A stretch of 60,293 nucleotides of DNA, the filler included. It is 5 parts of 5 records of this genome, joined end to end, with 100 filler letters (N's around TTAATTAATTAA, not from the genome) between each part and the next. Parts side by side here need not be neighbours in the genome. Positions count along the whole stretch, not along the records: positions 18,665 to 28,458 come from DRR723986_65867; positions 28,559 to 51,013 come from DRR723986_66968; 3 more parts are not named here. One strand, written 5' to 3'. The position numbers and the translations under genes were made by a program. How positions within the stretch are numbered: the first letter of the stretch is position 1; every line of letters starts with the position of its first letter. Under the pieces are notes generated by a model. It saw only the letters and a program-made list of their open reading frames with translations, was not told the origin of the DNA and ran no database searches. Positions 20,301 to 29,868 of this stretch are shown piece after piece.

Positions 20301-21608
20301 TTGATCGCTATGAGAACATTCTTTGCCAAAACCCAAACGTATCCAAAGCTTTTAGTAAGGATGTCGCTTCTTTTCGCATTTATACTCTGCTTTAGCTGTA
20401 TAACCAGTGAGGATGACGATCCTTCAGGAAAGGTCGAGGCAAATCTGAGAACGCTTTCCTTAGATGAAAACACCCTCTCAGAAGCAAATACCCAATTTGC
20501 AATCAATCTTTTTCAGCAAATTGCTACAAATGGGCAATCGGAAAATCTCTTTTTTAGCCCATATTCAGTTCACCAAGCATTGGCTATGGCGATGAACGGC
20601 AATGATGGGGAGGTTTTAGAAGAATTTATCCAAGTTTTGCAAATAGAGGGCATGAATCTGGAAGAAGCAAATCAGGCCGTCAAAGATCTCACATCATTCT
20701 TGCTGGAGGTAGATCCAAAAGTAGAGTTAAACATTGCTAATGGGATTTGGTATAAAGAAGAGTATCAAGTACAGGTCCCGTTTAAGAATACTTCGCAGGA
20801 ATACTTCAATGCTGAGATTGCTCCGCTTGATATGGCAGACCCAAATTCTCTGGATATCATCAATCACTGGATAGAAAAACAGACCAACAACCTCATCAAA
20901 GATATGCTGGACTTTATTCCGGAAGATGCTGTGATGTATTTAGTCAATGCGATTTACTTTAAAGGAGACTGGACCTATAATTTTCCAAAAGAGAATACCC
21001 GAAAAGAGAAATTCACGCTCGTCAATGGGCAAGAAATCATGGTAGATATGATGAATTTGGGTGAGTCGGCAGGGTTCAAAGCTTATGGCACAGAAGACTA
21101 TACTTACTTAGAGATACCTTATAGTTCAGAACAGTATTCAATGGGGATTCTAATCAATGAAAGCGGCGATCTTTCGGAACTTTATCCTCACCTCACCTTG
21201 GAAAATTTGAATCTATGGAGAAGTAATCCCAGGGACGTGAATCTGATTTTGAAAATGCCGAAATTTAAGATTGAATATAAAATCGATAACCTTTCGAATG
21301 ACTTACAAGACATGGGCTTGGTGAGACCATTTAGTTTCCATCGAGACAACTTCACCCAATTATTCTCCAACCCAACTAATCTTTTGAAAATCGACAGGGT
21401 AATCCACCAAGCGCTTATCGAAGTAGATGAAAAGGGTACAGAAGCAGCAGCAGCAACGATCGTTGAAGTGGTCGAATATACCAGTTTACCTCCCAATTCG
21501 ACGCCAACAATCTTCACCTTGGACAGACCTTTTGTCTTCTTTATTCAAGAGAAACACAGTGGGGCAATATTGTTTATGGGGAAATTGGAGAATCCTTTGG
21601 AAAGTTAA
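20301..21608 (+). CDS. Serpin family protein (lipoprotein)
   Basis: NLFFSPYS; LVNAIYFKGDW; hinge EKGTEAAAAT; DRPFVFFI; lipobox CFSC (true start probably further downstream). Confidence 0.95.
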   Translation: MIAMRTFFAKTQTYPKLLVRMSLLFAFILCFSCITSEDDDPSGKVEANLRTLSLDENTLSEANTQFAINLFQQIATNGQSENLFFSPYSVHQALAMAMNGNDGEVLEEFIQVLQIEGMNLEEANQAVKDLTSFLLEVDPKVELNIANGIWYKEEYQVQVPFKNTSQEYFNAEIAPLDMADPNSLDIINHWIEKQTNNLIKDMLDFIPEDAVMYLVNAIYFKGDWTYNFPKENTRKEKFTLVNGQEIMVDMMNLGESAGFKAYGTEDYTYLEIPYSSEQYSMGILINESGDLSELYPHLTLENLNLWRSNPRDVNLILKMPKFKIEYKIDNLSNDLQDMGLVRPFSFHRDNFTQLFSNPTNLLKIDRVIHQALIEVDEKGTEAAAATIVEVVEYTSLPPNSTPTIFTLDRPFVFFIQEKHSGAILFMGKLENPLES

Positions 21609-21775
21609 GCAATTACGCAAGAATAGGGACTTCGAGTCTTTTGCGACTTACTTTAGGATTGAGGTCTGTTTTCTGAGATAATTAGGTGTAGTTGGAAAAT
21701 TTTTCAATCTATCAATCTATCAATGTTTCAATTTTGAATCACGAATGATGAATCCTGAATTAAGAATAAAGAAGA

Positions 21776-22441
21776 CTACGATCTCCACAAATAAGGAAAC
21801 AGAATATATCCTGTCACGGCAACTATCGCATTAATCGCTAAAAGTGTAAAAAGATAATCCATACTTACACTCCAATCTAATCCGTCCATCGCATTTTTGG
21901 AAATGCGGATGGCCATAAGCAAAATTGGGATAATTACAGGAAAGCTCAGAATCGCCATTAGCGTCGCATTATTCCCTGCTTTGGAAGCAATTCCACTAAC
22001 CATCGTCAAACTTGCTGAAAAGCCTAATGCACCCAAAACTAAATTCAGGATAAATAAGCCTTGGTCCTGAACTGGATTTCCCAAGATCACTGAAAAAACT
22101 CCATAACCCAGAAGTGCTAGTATGAGAGTTAGACCGGTATTATAGATTATTTTAGAAAGGATGATTGATTCAGGAGAAGCAATCATATAGTAATAGAGTT
22201 GGCGACCTTGATGCTCCTGGACAAAGCTTTTGGCAACTGCATTCACAGCAGAAAACAGAATAATGATCCAATACAAGGCATTCCAAGTGGGTTCTGAAAT
22301 ATTCCCCTCTCTAGCTCCTACACTTAAATACGTGATAAAAACTGCCGAAACCACATAAAGCAAAATCCCATTCAGCGCGAATTTCTGTCGCCACTCTAAG
22401 GTGACTTCCTTGCTAATCAGAACTGAGATTTCTTTCCACAT
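21776..22441 (-). CDS. ccmB: Haem exporter CcmB
   Basis: KEVTLEWRQK; LMAILSFPVIIPIL; multi-TM profile. Confidence 0.9.
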   Translation of the reverse strand: MWKEISVLISKEVTLEWRQKFALNGILLYVVSAVFITYLSVGAREGNISEPTWNALYWIIILFSAVNAVAKSFVQEHQGRQLYYYMIASPESIILSKIIYNTGLTLILALLGYGVFSVILGNPVQDQGLFILNLVLGALGFSASLTMVSGIASKAGNNATLMAILSFPVIIPILLMAIRISKNAMDGLDWSVSMDYLFTLLAINAIVAVTGYILFPYLWRS

Positions 22442-22617
22442 CGCCCAAAGGTAAGTCAGAAGTATGAAGTGAGAAATCTAAAATCGTGAAATTTCAGTTT
22501 TTTCACTTTTGATTTCTGACTTTCGTTTCTGCCAAATTGACATCAATTCTCCTTTGGAACAACAGTTGCAATTCTGTGCCCGACAAACATTGTGTTTAAC
22601 TAAACTAATTTATAGCC

Positions 22618-24504
22618 ATGCAGGAAAAAGGCACGATCTCGATCCATACCGAGAACATTTTCCCGATTATCAAGAAGTTTCTCTATTCTGATAACGAGAT
22701 TTTTCTAAGAGAACTCGTTTCTAACGCTGTCGATGCGACTCAAAAAATTAAGCGTTTAGCGACATTAGGTCAGTACACAGGCGAACTTGGTGACACTACG
22801 GTGGAAGTAAGTTTCGATGAGAAAAAGAAAACCATTACCATCTCTGACCATGGTCTTGGGATGACTGCTGAGGAGATTAAAAAGTATATCAACCAGGTGG
22901 CATTCTCCGGAGCAGAGGAATTTGTCGAGAAATTCAAAGACGCTAAAGATGCCAATGAGATCATCGGTAAGTTTGGTTTAGGTTTCTATTCGGCATTTAT
23001 GGTCGCTGATACTGTAGAAATTGATACACTTTCATACCAAGAAGGAGCAGAAGCTGCTAAGTGGACTTGTGATGGTTCTACCTCTTTCGAAATTTCCAAA
23101 GGAAAGAGAAAAGAGCGCGGGACGACTATTACCCTTCATATCAATAAAGATTCTGAGGAATTCCTGGATAAATGGAAGCTTCAGGGAATTTTGGACAAGT
23201 ACGCGAAGTTCCTTCCTGTTCCGATCAAATTTGGTACTAAAACCGAATCTGTAGAAGATGGAGTGGATGACAAAGGCGAGAAGAAATGGAAGTCAGTAGA
23301 AGTTGACAACTTTATTAATACTACTGCTCCGATCTGGACTAAGTCTCCAAGTGATCTGACTGATGAGGATTACCTTAAATTTTACAAGGAGCTGTATCCA
23401 ATGTCCGAGGATCCACTTTTCTGGATTCACCTGAATGTGGATTATCCATTCAACTTGACGGGGGTGTTGTATTTCCCGAAAGTGAAAAACGAATTCGAAC
23501 TTCAGCGAAACAAGATCAAATTATTCAGCCGTCAGGTGTTTATCACAGACGAAGTGAAAGACATCGTTCCTGAGTTCCTGATGTTGCTTCATGGGGTGAT
23601 TGACTCTCCGGATATTCCACTGAACGTATCCCGAAGCTTCTTGCAGGCCGATAGCAACGTGAAAAAAATCAACTCGTACATCACGAAGAAAGTAGCGGAT
23701 AAGCTTGCTGAGCTTTATAAAAAAGATAGAACGGCTTACGAGCAAAAATGGGGGGATATCGGACTTTTCGTGAAATACGGAATGATCTCTGAGGAGAAAT
23801 TTTACGAGAAAGGGAAAGACTTCGCATTACTTAAAAATACAAATGGCGAATTCTTCACTATCGAAGAATACCAGTCCAAAGTGAAGCCAAATCAAACAGA
23901 CAAGAATGAGCAAACGGTCATTTTGTATGCAACTGATTTGGAAAAGCAGGATGGATTTATCCAATCTGCCAATAAGAAAGACTACGATGTCTTGGTGATG
24001 GATTCACCGATTGACAGTCACTTTATCCAAAACTTAGAATCCAAACTGGAAAAAACTCAGCTAAAGCGTGTGGATGCTGATGTGGTTGAGAAGCTGATTC
24101 AAAAGGATGAAACTTACGCCAACTTGCTGACTGAAGATCAAAGCAAGGAAGTGAAGGAAATCTTCGATAAGGCTATCAACAACAAGACTTATACAGTAGA
24201 AGTGGAAGGTTTGAGCCCAGAGGAACTTCCAGTGACGATCACCATGGAAGAATTCATGCGCAGAATGAAGGAAATGGCTGCTACTGGTGGCGGAGGAATG
24301 GGCTTCTACGGTTCCCTTCCTGATGCCTACAAAGTAGCCATCAACGGAAATCACCCTGCAGTGGACAAAGTCCTGAAAGCAGAAACCGAAGAAGAAAAGA
24401 TCAAGATTGCTAAGCAGTCATTTGATCTGGCATTGCTTTCCCAAGGCTTGCTTACAGGTAAGGACCTGACTGCCTTTGTAAAGAGAAGTGTGGAATTGTT
24501 ATAA
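22618..24504 (+). CDS. htpG: Chaperone HtpG (Hsp90)
   Basis: FLRELVSNAVDA; IGKFGLGFYSAF; IPLNVSRSFLQ. Confidence 0.97.
   Translation: MQEKGTISIHTENIFPIIKKFLYSDNEIFLRELVSNAVDATQKIKRLATLGQYTGELGDTTVEVSFDEKKKTITISDHGLGMTAEEIKKYINQVAFSGAEEFVEKFKDAKDANEIIGKFGLGFYSAFMVADTVEIDTLSYQEGAEAAKWTCDGSTSFEISKGKRKERGTTITLHINKDSEEFLDKWKLQGILDKYAKFLPVPIKFGTKTESVEDGVDDKGEKKWKSVEVDNFINTTAPIWTKSPSDLTDEDYLKFYKELYPMSEDPLFWIHLNVDYPFNLTGVLYFPKVKNEFELQRNKIKLFSRQVFITDEVKDIVPEFLMLLHGVIDSPDIPLNVSRSFLQADSNVKKINSYITKKVADKLAELYKKDRTAYEQKWGDIGLFVKYGMISEEKFYEKGKDFALLKNTNGEFFTIEEYQSKVKPNQTDKNEQTVILYATDLEKQDGFIQSANKKDYDVLVMDSPIDSHFIQNLESKLEKTQLKRVDADVVEKLIQKDETYANLLTEDQSKEVKEIFDKAINNKTYTVEVEGLSPEELPVTITMEEFMRRMKEMAATGGGGMGFYGSLPDAYKVAINGNHPAVDKVLKAETEEEKIKIAKQSFDLALLSQGLLTGKDLTAFVKRSVELL
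24469..24504 (+). repeat. htpG 3'-end direct repeat, copy 1
   Basis: ACTGCCTTTGTAAAGAGAAGTGTGGAATTGTTATAA; 33/36 identical to 25702-25737. Confidence 0.9.
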
Positions 24505-24557
24505 TAGATACCGGTAAATCTCCAAAGGTTTTGAACCCTTGGAGAGTTTGATTATCT

Positions 24558-24587
24558 AAAAATCCCCGAGAAGCTCGGGGATTTTTT
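24558..24587 (+). terminator. htpG terminator
   Basis: AAAAATCCCCGAG-aag-CTCGGGGATTTTTT. Confidence 0.85.
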
Positions 24588-24849
24588 GTTGTATTGATTT
24601 TTCAAACTTAAAACTATGCAGTTTAAAACCGGTTTTGTGTTTTTGTTAATTAATTGAACTATAATAGGTTATGAATATCATTATACTGTGAACTAAAAAT
24701 AAAATTGCTGATTATCAGCTGGTTAACTAAAACTCTAAAATATTTTTAAACTAAAATTTGGTTTTATAAATGGGGGGGGTATGTTTAGTTCAGGTTTAAG
24801 GCGCTGAGGACTTTTTAATCAATCTTTGTAATTTTTAATCAATGAGTCT

Positions 24850-25527
24850 ATGTTAAACGAACTAAGAAAAACATTTGTTATTTGTGGAATTTACGTGACC
24901 TTCATTCTATCATTTTCTTTTATTCAATCTTGTTCGATCTCAGAAGAAGTAGAATTTGAGTCGTCAATGGATGAAAGAAAAAGGTTAGAATTGTTTGATA
25001 CTTTTAAAAGAAGCATTAGTGTAGCACACAATGAAATTATGGCGTCAAATAATGTAAGTAATGTTTCCCGTTTGAATCAAGAAGAGCTTGCTATGGCATT
25101 AGAAGGAGAAATCAGACCTGTGGCAACTAATATTTTGTACTATTACGGATTTTCTGACCAAGAGATCATTGAAGAATTTGGTAGCCTCGATTCACCTGAT
25201 ATTTCATTGACAGCACAAGTAATTGTTCTTCTGGAAGAAGAATTGGCTCAAAATAGGTTGATTTATTTTTTAGATGAATCTGATATATACTATTCCAGTT
25301 TATTTGGAATAAGTTCTGCACTTGCTCAATCAGATACAATTGGAGGTTGCTTAGCTGATGCAGTAGGCATATCCGCTGTTTTCGCTGTTCTGGAAGGTGG
25401 AGCAAACAAAAAAATGAAAAAGGCAGCAATCAGAAAGGCAATCCGGAAGGTGGTTGGTAGGAGTCTGGGGGTTATTGGAGCTGCCTTAGCTGTATATGAC
25501 TTTTCAGACTGTATGGGTTGGTTATGA
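24850..25527 (+). CDS. Lipoprotein with cationic, Gly/Ala-rich bacteriocin-like C-terminal domain
   Basis: Lipobox IQSC; acidic middle region; C-terminus GGCLADAVGISAV...KKAAIRKAIRKVVGRSLGVIGAALAVYDFSDCMGWL. Confidence 0.6.
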   Translation: MLNELRKTFVICGIYVTFILSFSFIQSCSISEEVEFESSMDERKRLELFDTFKRSISVAHNEIMASNNVSNVSRLNQEELAMALEGEIRPVATNILYYYGFSDQEIIEEFGSLDSPDISLTAQVIVLLEEELAQNRLIYFLDESDIYYSSLFGISSALAQSDTIGGCLADAVGISAVFAVLEGGANKKMKKAAIRKAIRKVVGRSLGVIGAALAVYDFSDCMGWL

Positions 25528-25694
25528 TTGAGTATATGAATTGGGAAAATTTTAAGTTGATACTTTTTATAATTGGATTGATTCTTTCGTCAATTCAGCT
25601 GTATGAAAGAAAAAAGGAAAAAAAGAAGGTTTCATTTCTTTCCATTTCTCTAGTTATCTTATTCTTAGCTTTGATCCTAGGGAGATTTTTATAA
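25524..25694 (+). CDS. Small 2-TM protein (56 aa), candidate immunity partner
   Basis: Manual translation MIEYMNWENFKLILFIIGLILSSIQLYERKKEKKKVSFLSISLVILFLALILGRFL*; ATGA overlap with the upstream stop. Confidence 0.6.
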   Translation: MIEYMNWENFKLILFIIGLILSSIQLYERKKEKKKVSFLSISLVILFLALILGRFL

Positions 25695-25701
25695 AATGGT
25701 T

Positions 25702-25737
25702 ACTGCTTTTGTAAAGAGAAGTGTGGAATTGCTTTAA
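25702..25737 (+). repeat. htpG 3'-end direct repeat, copy 2 (orphan)
   Basis: ACTGCTTTTGTAAAGAGAAGTGTGGAATTGCTTTAA also encodes TAFVKRSVELL*. Confidence 0.9.
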
Positions 25738-25762
25738 GAACAAGCTATTATTTATAAATATT

Positions 25763-25794
25763 AAAACGGGTATGGTTTCATACCCGTTTTTTTT
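25763..25794 (+). terminator. Terminator after the orphan htpG end
   Basis: AAAACGGGTATG-gttt-CATACCCGTTTTTTTT. Confidence 0.8.
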
Positions 25795-25810
25795 GCCATA
25801 TTTATTAAAG

Positions 25811-25827
25811 CCTAGTACGGTACTAGG
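25811..25827. promoter_or_regulatory. Candidate Rrf2 operator 1 (CCTA-N9-TAGG)
   Basis: Palindrome CCTAGTAC-g-GTACTAGG upstream of a TATTTTTG -7 element. Confidence 0.55.
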
Positions 25828-25857
25828 GTATTCCACGAAAAAGAGTATTTTTGATCT

Positions 25858-26274
25858 ATGCTTTCTAAAAAGACCAAATACGCCCTACATGCCCTGACTT
25901 ATCTTGGAAGACACAAAGATGAGAAGACAGTTCTTATTCAGGAGATTGCCGAAGAGCATGGGATTTCCCATAAGTTTTTGGAGAATATCCTTTTGGAACT
26001 CAAAAAAGCAGGAATGCTCGGAAGTAAAAAAGGAAAAGGCGGAGGCTATTACTTAATCAAGGAACCCAAAGATATTCCGCTTTCGCGGGTGATCCGCTTA
26101 TTGGATGGCCCAATTGCTTTACTTCCTTGTGTGAGTTTAAACTACTACGAACCATGCGATGAGTGCAAAAATGAGGCAGTTTGTGGGATAAATCGGGTGA
26201 TGATTCAAGTGAGAGACGAGACTCTTAAAATACTGGAAAACAAAACCTTAGAGGATATTTTGAACGAGGAGTAA
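25858..26274 (+). CDS. Rrf2 family transcriptional regulator (CymR-like context)
   Basis: KFLENILLELKKAG..SKKGKGGGYYL; Cys cluster PCVS..PCDECK..C. Confidence 0.92.
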   Translation: MLSKKTKYALHALTYLGRHKDEKTVLIQEIAEEHGISHKFLENILLELKKAGMLGSKKGKGGGYYLIKEPKDIPLSRVIRLLDGPIALLPCVSLNYYEPCDECKNEAVCGINRVMIQVRDETLKILENKTLEDILNEE

Positions 26275-26286
26275 AATTTTTTTACC

Positions 26287-26315
26287 ATAAACCCTATATA
26301 TTTTATAGGGTTTAT
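26287..26315. promoter_or_regulatory. Candidate Rrf2 operator 2 (CCTA-N9-TAGG)
   Basis: Palindrome ATAAACCCTATA-tattt-TATAGGGTTTAT directly before a TACTTTTG -7 element. Confidence 0.6.
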
Positions 26316-26349
26316 ATACTTTTGTGCTTTACGCTCGTAATAAACCTGT

Positions 26350-26622
26350 ATGATTTTAGACCAGCCACTCAAAAAGCTATTCACTAGCAAGTCCGGAAGG
26401 GACAGCAACGCCAAGAGCTTGCTTAAGTCTATTTCTTGGAGAATTGTCGGGACCATTGATACCATGATCATATCCTATTTCGTCACAGGCGAATTAGTAA
26501 TGGCCATTTCTATCGGTTCGGTAGAAGTCTTCTCCAAGATCATCCTGTATTATTTCCACGAGAGAGCATGGGAAAGCACTCCAAAAGCACAAGCGAATGA
26601 CACTGAAAAAAAATATGCATGA
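26350..26622 (+). CDS. DUF2061 membrane protein
   Basis: KSISWRIVGTIDT...KIILYYFHERAW. Confidence 0.88.
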   Translation: MILDQPLKKLFTSKSGRDSNAKSLLKSISWRIVGTIDTMIISYFVTGELVMAISIGSVEVFSKIILYYFHERAWESTPKAQANDTEKKYA

Positions 26623-27301
26623 ACTGGAAGCTCAGCTGTCTCAGTTGAGCGCGCAGGAAGGATTGGCTTTGATAGCTGATCTTTTTCCGGGTAAAGTGAC
26701 TTTTTCCACTTCCCTAGGTCAGGAGGATCAGGTAATCACTCAATTGATTGCTGATGCTCATTTGCCTATTTCTATCTTTTCTTTGGATACTGGTAGGCTT
26801 TTTCCAGAAACCCTAGACTTACTTTCCAGAACAGAAGCTAAATACAAGCAGAATATAAAAGTTTACTATCCAACTACTTCCTCTGTGGAGAACTTGGTAA
26901 GTGAGATTGGAATAAACGGGTTTTATGACTCTGTTGAAAATAGAAAATCCTGCTGCTTTGTGCGCAAAGTGGAGCCACTAAGAAGAGCTCTTGCTGGAAA
27001 TGAAGTGTGGGTGACCGGGCTTCGCGCTGAGCAATCAGCCAATAGATCAGACATGAAGCGCGTCGAGTGGGATGAGGTAAACCAAATCCTAAAATTCAAC
27101 CCGCTTTTGGATTGGACTTTTGATGATATGATTGCCTACATCAGCGAAAAGAATATCCCTTACAATCCACTCCACGACAAAGGTTTCATCAGCATAGGTT
27201 GCGCGCCATGTACTCGCGCTATTATGGAAGGTGAAGATGCCCGAGCAGGCCGCTGGTGGTGGGAAGATTCGAAGAAAGAGTGTGGCTTGCATGCTAAGTA
27301 A
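26597..27301 (+). CDS. cysH: (Phospho)adenylyl-sulfate reductase
   Basis: SLDTGRLFPET; CCFVRKVEPL; SIGCAPCT; KECGLH. The Cys pairs are typical of Fe-S APS reductases. Confidence 0.95.
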   Translation: MTLKKNMHELEAQLSQLSAQEGLALIADLFPGKVTFSTSLGQEDQVITQLIADAHLPISIFSLDTGRLFPETLDLLSRTEAKYKQNIKVYYPTTSSVENLVSEIGINGFYDSVENRKSCCFVRKVEPLRRALAGNEVWVTGLRAEQSANRSDMKRVEWDEVNQILKFNPLLDWTFDDMIAYISEKNIPYNPLHDKGFISIGCAPCTRAIMEGEDARAGRWWWEDSKKECGLHAK

Positions 27302-27444
27302 GACTCAAGATTTTAGACACAAGACATTAGAACTTCAACATTCATTATTCATCATTTTTCATTCGATATTAAAAGATTAATTAAGAATGACGAACACCGA
27401 ATAGCGAATAATGAAGTCAATCAAAAGACATAAATAGTAAGGAA

Positions 27445-28344
27445 ATGAACAGCCTATTAATACCTAATCCGAAAGAAGCAGAATCGATCCACATCATCCG
27501 TGAAGTGGCAGCGCAATTTGAGCGTCCGGTTTTGCTTTTTTCCGGAGGAAAGGACTCTATTACACTAGTGAGACTGGCCCAAAAAGCCTTTTATCCAGCT
27601 AAAATTCCTTTCCCTTTGTTGCACGTAGATACGGGGCATAATTTTCCTGAGACTATAGAATTCCGGGATAGGCTGGTGGAAGAATTAGGATTGGAGCTAA
27701 TCGTACGAAATGTACAGGACGCAATCGATCAGGGGAAAGTTCGTGAGGAAAGAGGAAGATATTCTAGTAGAAATTCCCTTCAGACTACCACGCTTTTGGA
27801 TGCCATCGAAGAATTCAAATTCGATGCTTGTATCGGTGGAGCGAGAAGAGATGAGGAAAAAGCCAGGGCAAAAGAAAGAGTATTCTCGGTAAGAGATGAC
27901 TTTGGTCAGTGGGATGAGAAAAATCAACGTCCAGAGCTTTTTGACATGCTAAATGGTAAAATCCATAATGGACAAAATGTTCGTTGTTTCCCGATTTCCA
28001 ACTGGACGGAACTGGACGTTTGGGAATATATCAAAACTGAAAATATTGAGATTCCATCGATCTACTTTGCACATGAGCGTGAGGTATTCCTTCGTGATGG
28101 GTTGATCTGGACTGCCAATGAGCATGTATTCAGAGAGGAACACGAAGAAGTGATGGTGAAAATGGTGAGATTCAGAACGGTAGGAGACATGACCTGTACT
28201 GCTGCTGTGCTTTCGGAAGCTGTGTCGCTGGATGATGTAGTAGGTGAAATCAGAGACTCTTCCATCTCCGAGCGAGGTGCGAGAATAGACGATAAGCGAT
28301 CCGAAGCAGCAATGGAGACGAGGAAGAAAGTCGGATACTTTTAG
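27445..28344 (+). CDS. cysD: Sulfate adenylyltransferase subunit 2
   Basis: LLFSGGKDS; GGARRDEEKARAKER; VRFRTVG. Confidence 0.96.
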   Translation: MNSLLIPNPKEAESIHIIREVAAQFERPVLLFSGGKDSITLVRLAQKAFYPAKIPFPLLHVDTGHNFPETIEFRDRLVEELGLELIVRNVQDAIDQGKVREERGRYSSRNSLQTTTLLDAIEEFKFDACIGGARRDEEKARAKERVFSVRDDFGQWDEKNQRPELFDMLNGKIHNGQNVRCFPISNWTELDVWEYIKTENIEIPSIYFAHEREVFLRDGLIWTANEHVFREEHEEVMVKMVRFRTVGDMTCTAAVLSEAVSLDDVVGEIRDSSISERGARIDDKRSEAAMETRKKVGYF

Positions 28345-28394
28345 AAAAAGTACAAGGTCTCAAGTACAAAGTACCAAGTAGGCACGGCTCACAC

Positions 28395-28457
28395 GTTATG
28401 CTGCTTTTCCAAAAGCAGCATTAAAATCGAGTCCAGCTTCTGGAGAAGCAGGACAAC
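28395..28457. repeat. Inverted pair of REP-like palindromes
   Basis: GTTATGCTGCTTTTCCAAAAGCAGCAT (reverse copy) and TCCAGCTTCTGGAGAAGCAGGACAAC (forward copy). Confidence 0.75.
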
Positions 28458-28458
28458 A

Positions 28459-28558
28459 NNNNNNNNNNNNNNNNNNNNNNNNNNNNNNNNNNNNNNNNNN
28501 NNTTAATTAATTAANNNNNNNNNNNNNNNNNNNNNNNNNNNNNNNNNNNNNNNNNNNN
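28459..28558. other. Artificial contig spacer
   Basis: N-run with TTAATTAATTAA. Confidence 0.98.
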
Positions 28559-28825
28559 ATAAGCAAAGAATCTAAGGTGACTGGCAACTTTGCGGTTAAT
28601 CATGAATTTCTTTTATCAAAGTTTAAATAAAGAAGCCTGTCCTAGATTTCTTATCCTATTTACCGTTAGGAAAGCGGATATACGGAATAAATACATTTGG
28701 CCTTTATTCACATCGTACTAAAACCATTAGATGCACTAGTATTTTAGCTACTTTGGTCCCCGAATTAGGAAAACAAAATTATTGCTATTCGCATCATTGC
28801 GGATAATTTTTAAAATAAATAAGCT

Positions 28826-29590
28826 ATGTCAATCACTAAAGAAACCGAACTAATCGGAATGAAAAAAATCTCTGAAGTAGTGGGAACTACACTCAGACTT
28901 ATGACAGAATTCGCCAAAATCGGCATGTCTACCAAGGAACTAGACGAATATGGAGGAGAAATCTTGAAAAGCTACGGTGCCAAATCTGCGCCGTATGAAA
29001 CCTATAAATTCCCTGGTTACACCTGTATCAGCGTAAATCAAGTTGCTGCTCACGGCATTCCTTCAGAGAAAATCATATTAAAAGAAGGTGACCTGATCAA
29101 TATTGACGTCTCTGCCGAACTCAATGGTTTTTGGTCGGATAACGGCGGTTCTTTTGTCCTTGGGGAAGATATTTATAATCATCAGCCTCTAGTGGATGCT
29201 TCTAAAAACATTCTTCACAAAGCAATAAGTGCCATTAAGGGTGGAGTGAAAATCGCTGATATCGGGTATTTGATAGAAACTGAAGCTAGAAAATCGGGTT
29301 ATAAAGTAATCAAAAATCTGGCTGGTCACGGCGTAGGAAGAAGTTTACATGAAGAGCCATCCGATATTTTGAATTATAGAGTCAGAAGCAACAGAGAGCG
29401 GTTTAAGAAAAATACTACAGTCGCAATTGAGACATTCATTTCAACCAATTCTACCTATGCTGTAGAGCAGAATGACGGCTGGACACTCGTAGGGAATAGA
29501 GGCGGATTTGTCACCCAACACGAACAGACTATTTTAATCACTGATGAGGCTCCAGTTATTTTGACTGAGGCAAATGGACTTTGGGATTAA
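28826..29590 (+). CDS. map: Type I methionine aminopeptidase
   Basis: HGIP; NIDVS; GHGVGRSLHEEP; AIETF; QHEQT. Confidence 0.95.
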   Translation: MSITKETELIGMKKISEVVGTTLRLMTEFAKIGMSTKELDEYGGEILKSYGAKSAPYETYKFPGYTCISVNQVAAHGIPSEKIILKEGDLINIDVSAELNGFWSDNGGSFVLGEDIYNHQPLVDASKNILHKAISAIKGGVKIADIGYLIETEARKSGYKVIKNLAGHGVGRSLHEEPSDILNYRVRSNRERFKKNTTVAIETFISTNSTYAVEQNDGWTLVGNRGGFVTQHEQTILITDEAPVILTEANGLWD

Positions 29591-29868
29591 TGTCTTTAAA
29601 CTCTCAATTAGGAGAGTTTAAAAACTTCTATTTTTTGAATACTTCCTCTGCGTAACCCCATAATACCAAGGAAGCATATCCCTTATTTTTGATTTCTAAT
29701 CCTACCTCAATTCAGTCTAATTTATCTGAATGAAATCCTTATTTTAGTCTAAGAGAAACCTCAAATACCTGATGTAAGCAACTGCAAAAAAGAAAGTTGC
29801 GAATTGCGTTTATACTGGTCGTTGTGCTTTATCTCGAATATCTAATTGTATTTTTAACATAACTAAAA

